From positions 58,838,001-58,902,000 of the forward strand of contig NC_042999.1 in NCBI RefSeq assembly GCF_006345805.1: a DNA stretch of 64,000 bases. Reading direction: 5' to 3'. The translations under genes and the position numbers were made by a program. Under the pieces are notes generated by a model that was not told the origin of the DNA, made no database searches, and worked only from the letters and a program-made list of their open reading frames with translations. This stretch comes from Octopus sinensis (Eukaryota). Numbering within the stretch: position 1 is the stretch's first letter; each line of letters starts with the position of its first letter. This document shows positions 26,793 through 39,929 of this stretch, in pieces.

Positions 26793-26850
26793 TAGAATGA
26801 CATTAATAGTGACTTCGAAGTTTCGGCCAGTTGAGCCATCATCGCACTTA
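26793..26850 (-). ncRNA. degenerate hammerhead motif, CTTCGAAG stem-III family
   Basis: Minus: AGT-GCGATGA-T-GGCT-CAACT-GGCC-GAAA-CTTCGAAG-TC-ACT. Inverted partner at 27143-27205. Confidence 0.55.
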
Positions 26851-27142
26851 ATGCACATCCGCTGAGTAAAAAGCAGCTTCCTCTCCCTAGCTACTTCCCT
26901 TCTGTGAACCACTAGAAAGCATTCCCAAGAGCTGAAGCTGACACCCCTGCATACGCACACATGTTCTACATAACCCTAAATTTAATCAATTAAGCTTTTT
27001 CCAATGCACCTTTTCATCATAATTCACAAAATAAATAAATAAATAAATAAATGACCTTCACCTGAACCCACATTCCCCCAGCCCAATTTTTCTTTTGTCT
27101 ATACAGAGAATGCATAAAACCAAGATTAACTTCAATGCATCT

Positions 27143-27205
27143 CTGTCCGATGACAGCTTACCTGGCCGAATCTTCGAAGTCACTATTAATGCTATTCTTG
27201 CTAGA
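27143..27205 (+). ncRNA. degenerate hammerhead motif, CTTCGAAG stem-III family
   Basis: TGT-CCGATGA-CAGCT-TACCT-GGCC-GAAT-CTTCGAAG-TC-ACTATTAATG. Confidence 0.5.
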
Positions 27206-27236
27206 ATAATAAATTTGTATTATTCAATGGAGTTAA

Positions 27237-27285
<49 letters not shown>

Positions 27286-27292
27286 TATATAT

Positions 27293-27404
27293 AGTGAGAA
27301 TTTACAAAAAAACAAAAGACGATGACAGTTGGGTAAACAAGAAACAGGTGTATTAGTTTAACGCTCGGGAAGTGAGAAAGTCTTTTACGTTTCGAGCCTA
27401 CGCT

Positions 27405-27407
<3 letters not shown>
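27293..27407 (-). mobile_element. fragment of a PLE pLTR-like repeat (family F) between (TA)n tracts
   Basis: Near-identical to part of 37237-37450. Carries the 3' half of an HHR (GAGC-GTAG-GCTC-GAAA-CGTA-AAAG on minus). Confidence 0.7.
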
Positions 27408-27476
<69 letters not shown>

Positions 27477-28176
27477 TATATATATACATATATACACACA
27501 CATTCTTCGACTAAAACCGTTGAAGGTGTTGCCCCAGTATGGTTGCATTCAAACTACTGAAACAAATGAAAGAATAAAAGAATAGATACACACACACACA
27601 CACACACAAATATATATATATATTTATTTATTTATATATAGTAAAGAAAATGCAAACACACCAACAATTTTTAGAGTTTAAAAGTGTTCTTGTATCATTC
27701 CTATGGATGTCAAAAGAGGAATGTGAAAATGAATATATGAACAAGTTGGATAGGAGAATGTACTGAGTAATTACAGTCAGTTAGAGGGTTACCAAAGTCA
27801 TGGGCACTTCATGTCTTGCAGCTCTGAACTGAGTTGTGAAAATTCCTCACGCTGCTCTCACACACACACGTACAAACACAAAACTGTGTTGACATTGCGA
27901 TCATGTTGGTAAAATGTTTGATGTTAGTAATGATGGTGAGAGTGATTATAACATTATTCTTGTTGGTGGCGTTCATAATATTATTGCTGTTAAGCTTCAA
28001 ATCAATTTTCATTGACGTAAAATCAGACATTTCCTTCAGCATCGTAAATACACGAGAGTACTACATTATGTCATGTGAATGCTTATTTTTATTTCAGACA
28101 GATACATTTTGGTTATTTTGATTATACTTTAGTTGTTGCTGTTATTGATCATTGAGAAGTTAGTGTTGGAACTCAC

Positions 28177-28240
28177 GGTGGTCGAATTGGTTTTTCTGCT
28201 GATGCTACCTGTTTTGTGTTGATGGCAGATACAGGTGGTG
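28177..28240 (-). CDS. candidate short exon
   Basis: CTTCCAG|CA CCA CCT... PPVSAINTKQVASAEKPIRP CC|GTGAGT. Consensus donor; the phase-2 end matches the start of 20173-20242. Confidence 0.22.
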
Positions 28241-28469
28241 CTGGAAGTTGATACACCCAAAGACATTATTTGGGTTCAGTTAACTTCTTGTTCTTCCGAG
28301 TTTTATTTGTAGGCACAAAGGAAATTCAGGCAATTAGTAACAACATGGATGCAGATCCTGAGCGCCTACAAGTGAAACTCATGGTATCACGAGGCCGACT
28401 TAACCAGCATTGATTTCTGCTATGCCATTGTTAATCCTTTCTCCCGACAGTTAATAATAAACGGACACA

Positions 28470-28530
<61 letters not shown>

Positions 28531-28834
28531 AGTTATACATACATATACGCGTACGCACATACACGCCGCGCGCGCTTATACACGCACTCACACAAATATA
28601 CACGCACACACATACACCTAGATATTCAGTGTGACTCCAGAAAATATACACAAGCACCACACATAAATACTCTCCGTGCAGATTGCAATTGATATTATGT
28701 TTTTATCGTATCGTACACACGAACAATTGCATACACACACACACGCGCACACACATGCACAAACACATCCACAGACATACACACATCGCACACGCACACA
28801 CACGCGCGCATTATTATATATGAAGCTGACAGTA

Positions 28835-29237
28835 TTACTCTTTTACTTGTTTCAGTCATTGGACTGCGGCCATGCTGGAGCACCCCCTGTAGTCGAGTAA
28901 ATCTACCCCAGGACTTATTCTTTGTAAACCTAGTACTTATTCTATCGGTCTCGTTTGCCGAACCGCTAAGTTACGGGGACGTAAACACACCAGCATCGGT
29001 TGTCAAGCGATGTTGAGGGGACAAACACACACACACAAACACACACACACACACACACACATATACTTATATACGACGGGCTTCTTTCAGTTTTCGTCTA
29101 CCAAATCCACTCACAAGGAATTGGTCGGCCCGAGGCTATAGTAGAAGACACTCGCGCAATGTACCACGCAGTGGGACTGAACCCGGAACCATATGGTTGG
29201 TAAGCAAGTTACTTACCACACAGCCATTCCTACGCCT
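28835..29237 (-). mobile_element. tRNA-derived SINE, family A (CORE-like domain, internal microsatellite)
   Basis: Reverse complement of the 30468-30880 copy. Confidence 0.9.
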
Positions 29238-30227
29238 ATTCTTATATTCCGTTTCATTGTAGTGAATGTTACATTTTATTTTTATTCTAGAACCCTTATG
29301 ATCCTACTTTCTTTCTTTTTCTTTATTGCTCAAATACATGTATACATATATATTTACACATAGATTATACAAAAACACACATACATATACACGCATTCTC
29401 TTACACACACACACAGTCACACACACATTTATATATGTACACAATTACATTTATATATACATGTGTGTATGTATGCACTTATACTTGTGTATGCTCTTTT
29501 TTCATTTTCATTTCATTTATTTAATTTGTAAATCAACTTTAACGCAGGTATGGTAGTTTAATGTAGCAAGCAACTGTGTTATTTAATGCTGAATTGCTAG
29601 TTTCCTCGCGGACAAAAGCTGTTTCTCTAAAGTTACAATAACAGACTCGCTCCATTATCGACCCAGCCTTGGCGTCGTGCTGACGACCAAATTTAACTTT
29701 CTTGGATTCTGTTGCACAACGTGACTAAATTTTAGTGCTGTATTCATTTAACATTCTTACTCAATTCTACTTCCCTGCCATTACTGACAGCCAACATCTT
29801 TAAACACGGAGATTTTTCTATTCATACAATACTTTCGTTTTGGCAGCGTTTTACAAAGAGAACGGCAGGAAAATGAAAATGACATAAGATTTTTGTGGCG
29901 GTAATGCTATTTGTAGGAGAATAATAGCACGATAGAGTGGTTTAACATTATTAAGGTTTCGGAACAAGGCAAACACTTCGGCTATAGTTTAGACATAAAA
30001 TATTGTGATCAAAATAACTATTAATGGTAGCTAGGAATTACTAGTGTCCGATGCGTTAGAACGCTTACTTAGAAACAGAATGTATGATTATTGTTTATGC
30101 TGTTGTTATAACCACTGTGGTTGTTGTTGTTGTTGTTGTTGTTTTAGCTGTTGTTTAACTGCAAGTCAGCTGACGTTACTCATCGATTGCAATTACATTT
30201 TAAGACACTCCGCTTATGGCAATTCCA

Positions 30228-30437
30228 AGCGTAGGCGTAGCTGAGTGGTTAAGAAGCTTGCCTCTCAACCATATGGTCTTGGGTTCAATCTCATTGCCAT
30301 TGTACAGCACCTTGGCAAGCTTCTTCGCCTATGACTCTGAGCTGATAAAAACCTTGTCAGTTGATTTGGTAGATGGAAACTGTATATATATATATATATA
30401 TATATATGTGGATATATATATATATATATGTGTGTGT

Positions 30438-30470
<33 letters not shown>

Positions 30471-30880
30471 AGTGGCTGTGTGGTAAGTAGCTTGCTAACC
30501 AACCACATGGTTCCGGGTTCAGTCCCACTGCGTGGCATCTTGGGCAAGTGTCTTCTGCTATAGCCCCGGGCCGACCAATGCCTTGAGAGTGGATTTGGTA
30601 GACGGAAACTGAAAGAAGCCTGCCGTATATATGTATATATATATAAGTGTGTGTGTATATGTTTGTGTGTCTGTGTTTGTCGCCCTAGCATTGCTTGACA
30701 ACCGATGCTGGTGTGTTTACGTCCCCGTCACTTAGCGGTTCGGCAAAAGAGACCGATAGAATAAGTACTGGGCTTACAAAGAATAAGTCCCGGGGTCGAT
30801 TTGCTCGACTAAAGGTGGTGCTCTAGCATGGCCGCAGTCAAATGACTGAAACAAGTAAAAGAGTAAAAGAGTAAAAGAGT
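30228..30880 (+). mobile_element. SINE family A: degenerate head (30228-30385) plus full copy (30468-30880)
   Basis: Head TGGCTGTGTGGTAAG...GGGTTCAGTCCC; CORE-like TTGGGCAAGTGTCTT; internal (TA)/(TG) tract; tail ...GACTGAAACAAGTAAAAGAGTAAAAGAG. Confidence 0.9.
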
Positions 30881-31019
30881 ATACGTATCAAGGTTTGAAC
30901 AAAAAAGAATAGAAAGAGAAACGTTGGAGGAAAGCAGAGGAGACGAAAACTAAAAGGACGAAAACTTAGACAACGGCACGATACACGGAATATTCGCAGC
31001 TCAGTTTTTCTCTTCATGT

Positions 31020-31345
<326 letters not shown>

Positions 31346-31360
31346 ACACACACGCACATA

Positions 31361-32596
31361 GAGGGTGCGATGGGTAAATTGTCGACGTTTTATGTCTTCA
31401 ATAATTTCTTGCATGTGCATTGTTTGTTTTCGGTTTTGTCGACTACACAGTATTGTAGGGTCCGGTGGGCACCGCCTGCGAGAAAAACGACGCCATGACG
31501 CAATTCACATTGTTAGACATTTAGAAACAACTTTATTCACTGCTTTGTATTCGCGCCGAAATCTTCAATACTAACATTTCAGTGTGTTTGGGTGTCAATC
31601 TGAGGACAGTGTGGAGGATTCTGCAAGAATTGAACGAGTCTAATGGTACGGTAGCTCAAAGGTACGGTAGCTCAGAAATTTCACTCTGATCGTTCCTGAA
31701 TTTGTTGGTGAGATCCAGACCATGATTGACAACGATCCCTCCAAGTCAATGAAGTCCATTACTTAGGACTTGGAAGTGTCTGAGTTGCTTATCAGGCAGG
31801 CAGTACATGAAGACATTCGGTATTCCTCATACGAGATGAGAAAGGGCCAATTTTTATCCCAAGCCATCAAGGACAAGAGTAAAGACCGTGCTATAGAGCT
31901 TTTGAACAAACTGAAGCAACCTCTGGTAATGAACATGTTTTGGTTTATCTCAAACGAGAAAAATCTCTGCCGCGGTCATATGGTGAACATGCAGAACAAC
32001 CGTTGGCTTGCCATGTAATAAAAATATGTCCCGATTGTGATAAAGATCAAATATCCAATCGACATCATGGTGTTTAGAATGATCACTGGTGATGGCAACG
32101 TTATGCCTCCATTCATCTTCCCATACGGCCTACATCAAGTGGATGGAGAAGGTAGTGTTGGCCGGGGTGAAGAGGTTGGCTGTTAGAAGACCTATGTTTG
32201 GCAAAAGGACTCTGCATCATTCCACACAAGCAGGAGTATCACGTCATGGCTGTCACACAATTTCTACGATCACTCACTCCTAACATCTGGCCACATAACT
32301 CCCCAGACTGCGACCCCATTCAATATTATGTGTGGGGCGCAGCTGAGGAAGAGGCCAACAACACTTGTAAAACCAAAAATAAACTGAAAGAAACCATTAT
32401 GGTTGAATTCACCAAATGAAACAAAGAGACCCTCCAAAAGATTTGCAGGAGATTCCGAAGTCGTCTTGAGGCCGTGTTTGAAGCCAATGACGATTTTATT
32501 GAATAAATTTACTCTTTAGTATTTCAAGATATTTTTATGAATTTTGTTAGTTTCATTTTTGCGTAATTTAGACGACAGTTTATTCACCGCACCTTG
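31361..32596 (+). mobile_element. Tc1/mariner element, probably DD37D (maT)-like, decayed
   Basis: Imperfect TIRs GAGGGTGCGATGGGTAAATTGTCG / CGACAGTTTATTCACCGCACCTTG. Motifs WFISNEKNL, NMQNNRWLA, WQKDSA, WPHNSPDCDPIQYYVWG. Confidence 0.85.
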
Positions 32597-32736
32597 CATG
32601 TATGAAACAGACAAACAGATAGTGAAGTGAGGTGAGGTGAGAGATCAGATGTTTATTCCATTCATTTGCAGCTGTTTCGGACATGCAATTGGTGGAGAGC
32701 ATGATAGGAAATATGTTAGATTCCTCGAATCCCAAA

Positions 32737-32780
<44 letters not shown>

Positions 32781-33446
32781 GTAGTAGTAGTAGTAGTACA
32801 CACACCGGCATACACACACATACACATGGACACATATACGTTAGCTCACCTGTTTTACTCGATAGTTTTAGAATTTTCGTGTGAGCATAGAATGGCAGTT
32901 TCACTTTGTCATCTTGACGTCTGGATACCAGCAAATTCGCTACGATTAACTAACTGTTATGCAGAATGTAATGGCCAGAAGTCCATATCTCATTTTTCCA
33001 ACCTTCGTTTCTACAATTCCAGTAAAACACTCCACTTGACCGTAAATTTATTTCGTTGATTCAGGAAAATACGCCTATGGAATGATTTCAGCTTTAATAT
33101 TTTAGGAGCCAGAACAAATGCCACAAGGCATATAATCCTGCGAGTCAGAAGATTCACTGCTTGTTGCAGTAAGGTGTTTTGTATATTTAAGTGACTGTAA
33201 GAACTAAGCCATCGGGGACAGGATCTTGGTAGGGTGTCTCATGTAGAACAGGTCAAAGTATAGAGTCGCAACTAATATGGGTCACTTCTCAGAGATCAAA
33301 ACACATTTACGTGATGACAACAGCCCTACCTAAAAGAAAGCAAAGTTACCGAAACTTTGATGACAATCCAAAACCGACCTGGGAGAAGAAGCAGAAGAAG
33401 AAATAAGTCGGAGGCGAGAAACAGCGGAGAAAAGTTGTCGATGTTC

Positions 33447-33686
33447 CTTTATTCTTTCAATTGTTTCAGTCATTTGACTGTGGCCATGCTGCAGCACCAC
33501 CTTCAAGGATTTTCAGTCGAACAAATTAACCCCAGGACTTACTTTTTTAAAGCCTAGTACTTACCATATCGATCTCTTTTGCCGAAATTACGGAGACGTA
33601 AAGATGCTAATACCGGCTGTCAAACGGTGATGGAGAGGGAGTAAACGCAAAAAAAGACACACACATATATACATACATACATACAT

Positions 33687-33724
<38 letters not shown>

Positions 33725-34153
33725 TAACATAAGGGACTAAAGCCATCTGAATATGGCTAGGGACAGGGCAGGGTGGTGGGGGTGTTACTGTTGCATTTAG
33801 CCCCAGGCGAACATCGACGTCGCCAGATAGGCCCGACACCGTCACGGTTTCCTTTAACCTGCAAAGGAGATAATTCCCCGATGAAGCGGAAACCACACAC
33901 GGACCATGGTTTCAAGGTGTGAAACCATGGTCCGTGTGTGGTTTCCGCTTCATCGGGGAATTATCTCCCTTTGCAGGTTAAAGGACACCGTGACGGTGTC
34001 GGGCCTATCTGGCGACGTCGATGTTCGCCTGGGGCTAAATGCAACAGTAACACCCCCACCACCCTGCCCTGTCCCTAGCCATATTCAGATGGCTTTAGTC
34101 CCTTATGTTATCGAGAAGTTACTGTCTATATCTCTTTTAGAGAATTATTATTG

Positions 34154-34203
<50 letters not shown>

Positions 34204-34377
34204 ACATATATATATACGAGGGGTTTCTTTCAGTTTCCGTCTACCAAATCCACTCACAAAGCTTTGGTCGGCCCGAAGCTATTGTAGAAGACACGCCCAA
34301 GTTGCCACGCAGTAGGATTGAACCCAGATCCATGTGGTTGGCAAGCAAGCTTCTTACTACACAGCCATGCCTGCGCC
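33447..34377 (-). mobile_element. SINE family A, split by a foldback insertion in its internal (TA)n
   Basis: Tail half at about 33447-33680 and head half at about 34215-34377, both on minus. Confidence 0.8.
33724..34111. repeat. near-perfect 388-bp palindrome (191/192-bp arms, 5-nt loop)
   Basis: Arms 33724-33914 and 33920-34111 are reverse complements with one mismatch and one 1-nt indel seen; loop AGGTG. Confidence 0.95.
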
Positions 34378-34814
34378 TAGTCTATGTTTTATAAGGATTG
34401 AAGGGCTCTAAGTAATTCATTAAGTAATGCCTAAGTAAGCCCTAATAGTTCTACCTGATTTTCACTGTCATAATTCTCCTTCTGTTTGGTACTTATGGAA
34501 TATGTATAAGGCTATAATAATTACGAGGGTTGATACGAACAACTAAAATCCTTTGAAAATTGAACTTTCGTTGTCCAACCAGTGAAACAAATAAGTGATT
34601 AAACTCTAAAAGTATAACACTGTAACACGTCCCGGAAGACTTAAAACAAACGTCTTAAAAATAAATATTTCAATGAGTTATTGTATCATGGGATCCTCTC
34701 GTATTCAATCCCGAGTAAACAGGCCGGATGGTTGTAAATGGAATGCGGCTGATTTTATATCTCCTCCATCAGAAACAATGTGAGTTAAACAAGATCTGTA
34801 CACACACATTCATG

Positions 34815-35195
34815 TATATATATATATATATATATAATATATATATATATATCTATATATATATATATATAATATAATTATAATATAATATAATATAATA
34901 TAATATCATATATATATATATAATATATATATATAATATAATATAATATAATATTATATATATATATAATATAATATAATATTATATATATATATATATA
35001 TAATATAATATAATATTATATATATAATATATAATATATATATATATATATACATATATGTACATATATATACATATATATACATACACACATACACGCA
35101 CACACACACACATATATCAACACACACACACACACACACAGACACCACACACAGACACACACACAGACACACACACACATACACATATATATATC
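34815..35195. repeat. (TA)n/(TATAA)n/(CA)n tract
   Basis: Directly visible. Confidence 0.9.
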
Positions 35196-36231
35196 CATTT
35201 TTCTGTACTAATAAATATTTAACACATTTTGTATTTTATATCAGTGCATTTTCATTGTATAAACCTAGATAGAAGTTTGTGACAAGCTCATCTAAAATTC
35301 AAAATATTTTACAAAGGAATAAATAATAAGCTATTTAAAAATGATGTAACATTTCTTTGTAATACAATGTAAAATATTTCATATTTTGATTTAATGTGAA
35401 AATATAAAAGCGTAACTACAGTGTAACAAATTGAAGCATCTTTTCTTTCATTCCCTATTTACAATCGAATCGTTAAATATAATAGTCATCTTTTGGAAAC
35501 ACATAATGCGATAGTAATAAATTATATACAAATAATATATTAAGACATAAAATGGCGGCTGAAGTAATTCTGAAGCCTGAAGCAGTTCCTGTAAAGTAGG
35601 TGGAGCTAAATTTTAATATAAATTTTCCTACGATAACGTCAGTAGTTAATGTGCTTAATTTATCTGCTGCAACTCATAAGCACTTTAAATGGGAATTGAT
35701 GGAAAACATGGTGATGATGGTAGCAGGAATATGAGATTGTCGGAATTGAGTAGCCATGGCGATATCTTTTCAACCTCAGTGAAATTAACACATCGTTAGT
35801 GATGATTATAATAACGGCTGAGCTGCAGTTTGAAGATGTTTGATCAAAAGAAGTTGGATAAATTGTTCTACGCAATCTTTCTATGTTCAATGGAAATCAT
35901 TTGTAAATCATACAATCACTGCAGAATCGTTACGCAGATATAAATATATTCATAAGTGCAGCTACTCTTAAAGAATTACACAAGTGTACAAATGTGTCTG
36001 CCCATTACAGAGGCGTATAGATATGTTTACCATAAGCGTAAGATGAAGTGTGGGAAAAATACTTTTTCTCCGTGTACATATATGTCTATTTCTGTGTGTG
36101 AAATGTGTAGGCATGATCAGATAGGTAAAAAATTAACTATTACTAATCAAGCGGTCTCAGTTTCGATCTTGCAGCAAGTATTCATTTTCTTACCGAGCTT
36201 ATTGAGTACGCATCTAAAATTCTTCTTCTTC

Positions 36232-36405
36232 TTATTATTATTATTATTATTATTATTATTTTTCACGCTACTGCCTGGAATTGAAATCTTTGGGTTTGTA
36301 GCCCGCGCTCTTAACCACTATGCTATATGCCTACGGGCATAGAGCATTATGGTTAAGAGCGCGGGCTACTAAGCCCAATATTCCGAGTTCGATTCCAGGC
36401 AGTGA

Positions 36406-36471
<66 letters not shown>

Positions 36472-36626
36472 CAACAACAACATCGAAAAATACCTTAGAA
36501 ATGAGAATCCAGGTTCGAAATTTCCCCAAGACACCTGATGAAGGCTGGCGGGTATATCAGCCGAAACGTAGTGTTAACAACAAACAAGATGAGGACAAAT
36601 ATCCATCAAATGTAAATAATGTAAAT
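36232..36626 (+). mobile_element. family E tRNA-headed SINE-like element with hammerhead, preceded by an inverted copy of its own head
   Basis: 36232-36331 is the reverse complement of the head and (AAT)n at 36336-36430. Then B box GAGTTCGATTCC, (AAT)n and an HHR at 36530-36575. Confidence 0.85.
36530..36575 (+). ncRNA. minimal type-I hammerhead ribozyme with intact core
   Basis: Stem I GACAC/GTGTT; CTGATGA 36535-36541; extra A; stem II GGCTG/CAGCC; GAAA 36563-36566; palindromic ACGT stem III; GUA triplet, predicted cut after 36570. Confidence 0.8.
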
Positions 36627-37236
36627 CATGTATAGCAGTAGTACTTATCATTATTATTACCATCATTATCATTACAACTATCACCGTTACTATAACAATT
36701 CTTATATATTGTCCATTTTAAAACGAGTTTGAATTTATTAATAAAATTCTTTCCTTTGACTTTTCTCTCGATTTCACTTGAGTTGTGTAGTTTGTAGAAT
36801 GAGTAATTGGTTTTACTGCTTTTTTGCTTTTGATAATATAATGTATCGGAATCACTCTCGAAATTCAAACATATTCAAGTTTAAATATGTTCATACATAA
36901 ATTATTATTCATATATATCCACGTACATTGTATAATATGCGATGGCTTAAACCAGAATAAGGAAAGAATGCAAGCAAGTCTTTGAGTCAACGCTCTAATG
37001 ACACTACTAAAGTGTCAGTCGGAGATGATATATTGGCATACAGACCGACGACCGTAAGAGATAACTTGCAGTAGTTGTTTCGTCCCACTGCGTATTGCCG
37101 ACAACGCTTGCGATGACATTGGTGGCAAGCTATAGCAGTTTGTAAGGAAAACCTTTCTTTGTATACGAATGACAGGCTTCAGTGTTTGTTTTATATTCAT
37201 ACAGTATTTCGATCGACGCTACAAACATACATACTA

Positions 37237-37450
37237 AGTTGAGAATTTACAAAAACAAAAAACAAAAGACGAAGACGGGTGTGTAAACAACAAACAGCTG
37301 TTTCAGTTTAACGCTCGGGAAGTGAGAAAGTCTTTTACGTTTCGAGCCTACGCTCTTCGACAGAAAGAAACACAGAAATAAACAGGGAGAGAATATGGGA
37401 AAATGTTTAGTGGCTAGCGACCTCTTATGGCTAATGCCGGACAGAGGGGG
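37237..37450 (-). mobile_element. PLE pLTR-like repeat (family F) with hammerhead variant at 37331-37368
   Basis: Minus: TCTTT-CTGTCGA-A-GAGC-GTAG-GCTC-GAAA-CG-TA-AAAGA. Homologous to 27293-27407, 48100-48190 and 59952-60115. Confidence 0.75.
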
Positions 37451-37632
37451 AATATTCGAAGACTTGGCATCTACATAACTGAAAAAAATACCGGGTAGTA
37501 TACGGGTATAACAAATATGACTCAGAATACGTATGTGATTTCATGTGTCTGTGTGGGGTTTATATAGAGGGATAGATGTACACACACACACGTATATATA
37601 GAGAGAGAGGTTGAATAGATAGAGAGATAGGC

Positions 37633-37663
<31 letters not shown>

Positions 37664-38478
37664 CTTATATGGGTATGTTTATGCCTATGCACTGAGGAAA
37701 AGGTTTAAGAAACCATCATGAACTAACGTAAAAATTGAAATTGTATAATTTGAAAAATAAACGGCGCCAAAGTGAATTTAGCGTTCGCAACAGAATCAAC
37801 TTAAAAACTTATCGAAACATCATTAATTGTTATAGTTTTGTTGTTTCATTTCGTTGTGTTCTGCACTTTATTGTTTTAGTAGAATAGCAGTATTAGTTGC
37901 TAATTACATAGCAATAATTATTTACCTCTATCCTCATCCTCTTCCTACCCCAGATCAAATCCCTCGATAACAACCATTACCATGCAAACATCTAATCAAA
38001 ATCGATAAATAGGGATACATCGCTTGTTGAAAAATATATAAAAACAATACAAATATGCACAACTAGACTCGGGTTAATTGGTGCCAATATATACTATGAA
38101 CCAAGAATCGTGTACTGAGAATGTTTAATTACGTAGCGGCTGTGTAGGAGTAGGCGTACATAAAATATGTGTGCGTGTGTGTGTGTGTGAATAAGTTTAA
38201 GCTCAAGTAATATTCTGTGTTATGTGACAGTATGTAGTTAATAAGTGCATGTCACTCTATAAACATGAGTGTTTTTATTTAAGCTAAAGTAAGCTGCAGT
38301 GTGGATGTTTGAGATACATATATAAGGGTTACGTGGCAATACGCGTCGTGTTGCATAACCATTATACAACATATCTAGGTATGACAATATGTATGTGCAT
38401 TTGTGTATCTATGAATGTACTTATCTTTAATCATAACTACAGTACTGTGTAATATTCGTGCTTAAAATTTAATGACTA

Positions 38479-38820
38479 AAGGGGTAAAGACCCCCTTCGG
38501 TCATGAATGACCATGGGATTGCACCTAGAAAGTTACCCTCCTAGACACAAGTCCGGGCAAGGTTGTTTGTGGAAGACCAGCAGTCGCCCATGCATACCAG
38601 CCTCCCCTCTCCACGCCACCAGTGCTATCCAAGGGAAAGACAAAGGTCGATGCAGCTTGGCACCAGTGACGTCGCAGCTCATTTCTACAGCTGAGTGAAC
38701 TGGAGCAACGTGAAATAAAGTGCCTTGCTCAAGAACACAACACGCAGCCCGGTCCGGGATTCGAGCTCACAACCTCACGATCGTAAGTTCGACGCTCTAT
38801 CCACTGAGCCATGCGCCTTC
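38479..38820 (-). mobile_element. SINE family C with 15-bp TSD
   Basis: AAAATTTAATGACTA at 38464-38478 and 38821-38835. Minus-strand head GGCGCATGGCTCAGTGG...GAGCTCGAATCCC. Confidence 0.93.
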
Positions 38821-38857
38821 AAAATTTAATGACTATGTGAAAGAAAATGGATATCGA

Positions 38858-39365
38858 TGCTGGCATGGCTGTGTGGTTAAGAACTAAGATTTACAACTAC
38901 GTGGTTTCGGGTTCAGTATCACTGTGTGTCATCTCGGCCAAGTGCCTTCTATTATAACCACATGCCGAGCAATACCTTGTTAGTAATTTTGGTAGAGGGA
39001 AAACTATATGGAAGTTCGTCGTGTCTATGAGTTTATAGTTAATTGTTTGTGTGCATCAAAGCAGATCGATGTGACTTTGCGTCTGTATTTGTCCCCACTA
39101 TCGCTTGACAAGCGGGGTTGGTTCATATACAAGAGCGTGATGTTGTGGTCTGGCAAAAAGGGGTATGATAAATACCACACTTTAAAAAAATGTATATTAG
39201 GCGCAGGTGTGGCTGTGTGGTCAGTAGCTTGCTTACCAAACATATGGCTCCGGGTTCATTTCCACTGCGTGGCACCTTGGACAAGCGTCTTCTACTATAG
39301 CCTTCGGGCCGACCAAAGCCTTGTGAGTAGATTTCGTGGACGGAAACTGAAAGAAGCCCGTCGTA

Positions 39366-39419
<54 letters not shown>

Positions 39420-39657
39420 ATGTGTGTGTGTATGTGTGTGTATATGTTTGTATGTCTGTATGTGTCCCCCAACTCGCTTGACAGCCGATGCTGGTGTGTT
39501 TATGTCCCCCGTAACTTAGTGGTTTGGCAAAAGAGACCGATAGAATAAGTACTAGGCTTCCAAAGAATAAGTCCTGGGGTCGATTTGCTCGACTAAATGC
39601 AGTGCTCCAGTATTGCCGCAGTGAAATGACTGAAACAATAAAAAAAAATAAAAGAAT
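38858..39657 (+). mobile_element. two adjacent SINE family A copies (old 38858-39195; younger 39200-39657)
   Basis: Homology to 30468-30880. Confidence 0.85.
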
Positions 39658-39929
39658 ACAGGGGTCGCTTTACTAAACCTTCAAGTGTTTAGTCGACCCT
39701 TGTATTTATTTTTTAAGTATATACATATGTGTGTGTATGTCTGTGTGTGCCACTGTGCGCCAGTGTATGTGTATGTGTGGCCGTATATGTGTATGTATGC
39801 ATGTGTTAGTGAGTGATTGTGTATTATTGTATTGATGAATGTGTGTTTGAGTGAGCTGTGTATATTTCAGTATGATTATCTGCAAACAACGTGCAGATAC
39901 AGATCTTACCAATTTAAATCTCCACGTAT

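Noticed and set aside
27809-28121. Hydrophobic ORF resembling a transmembrane peptide
   Set aside because: AT-rich composition effect; no splice or homology support.
33588-34394. Two ORFs with identical peptide segments on opposite strands
   Set aside because: Consequence of the palindrome, not duplicated genes.
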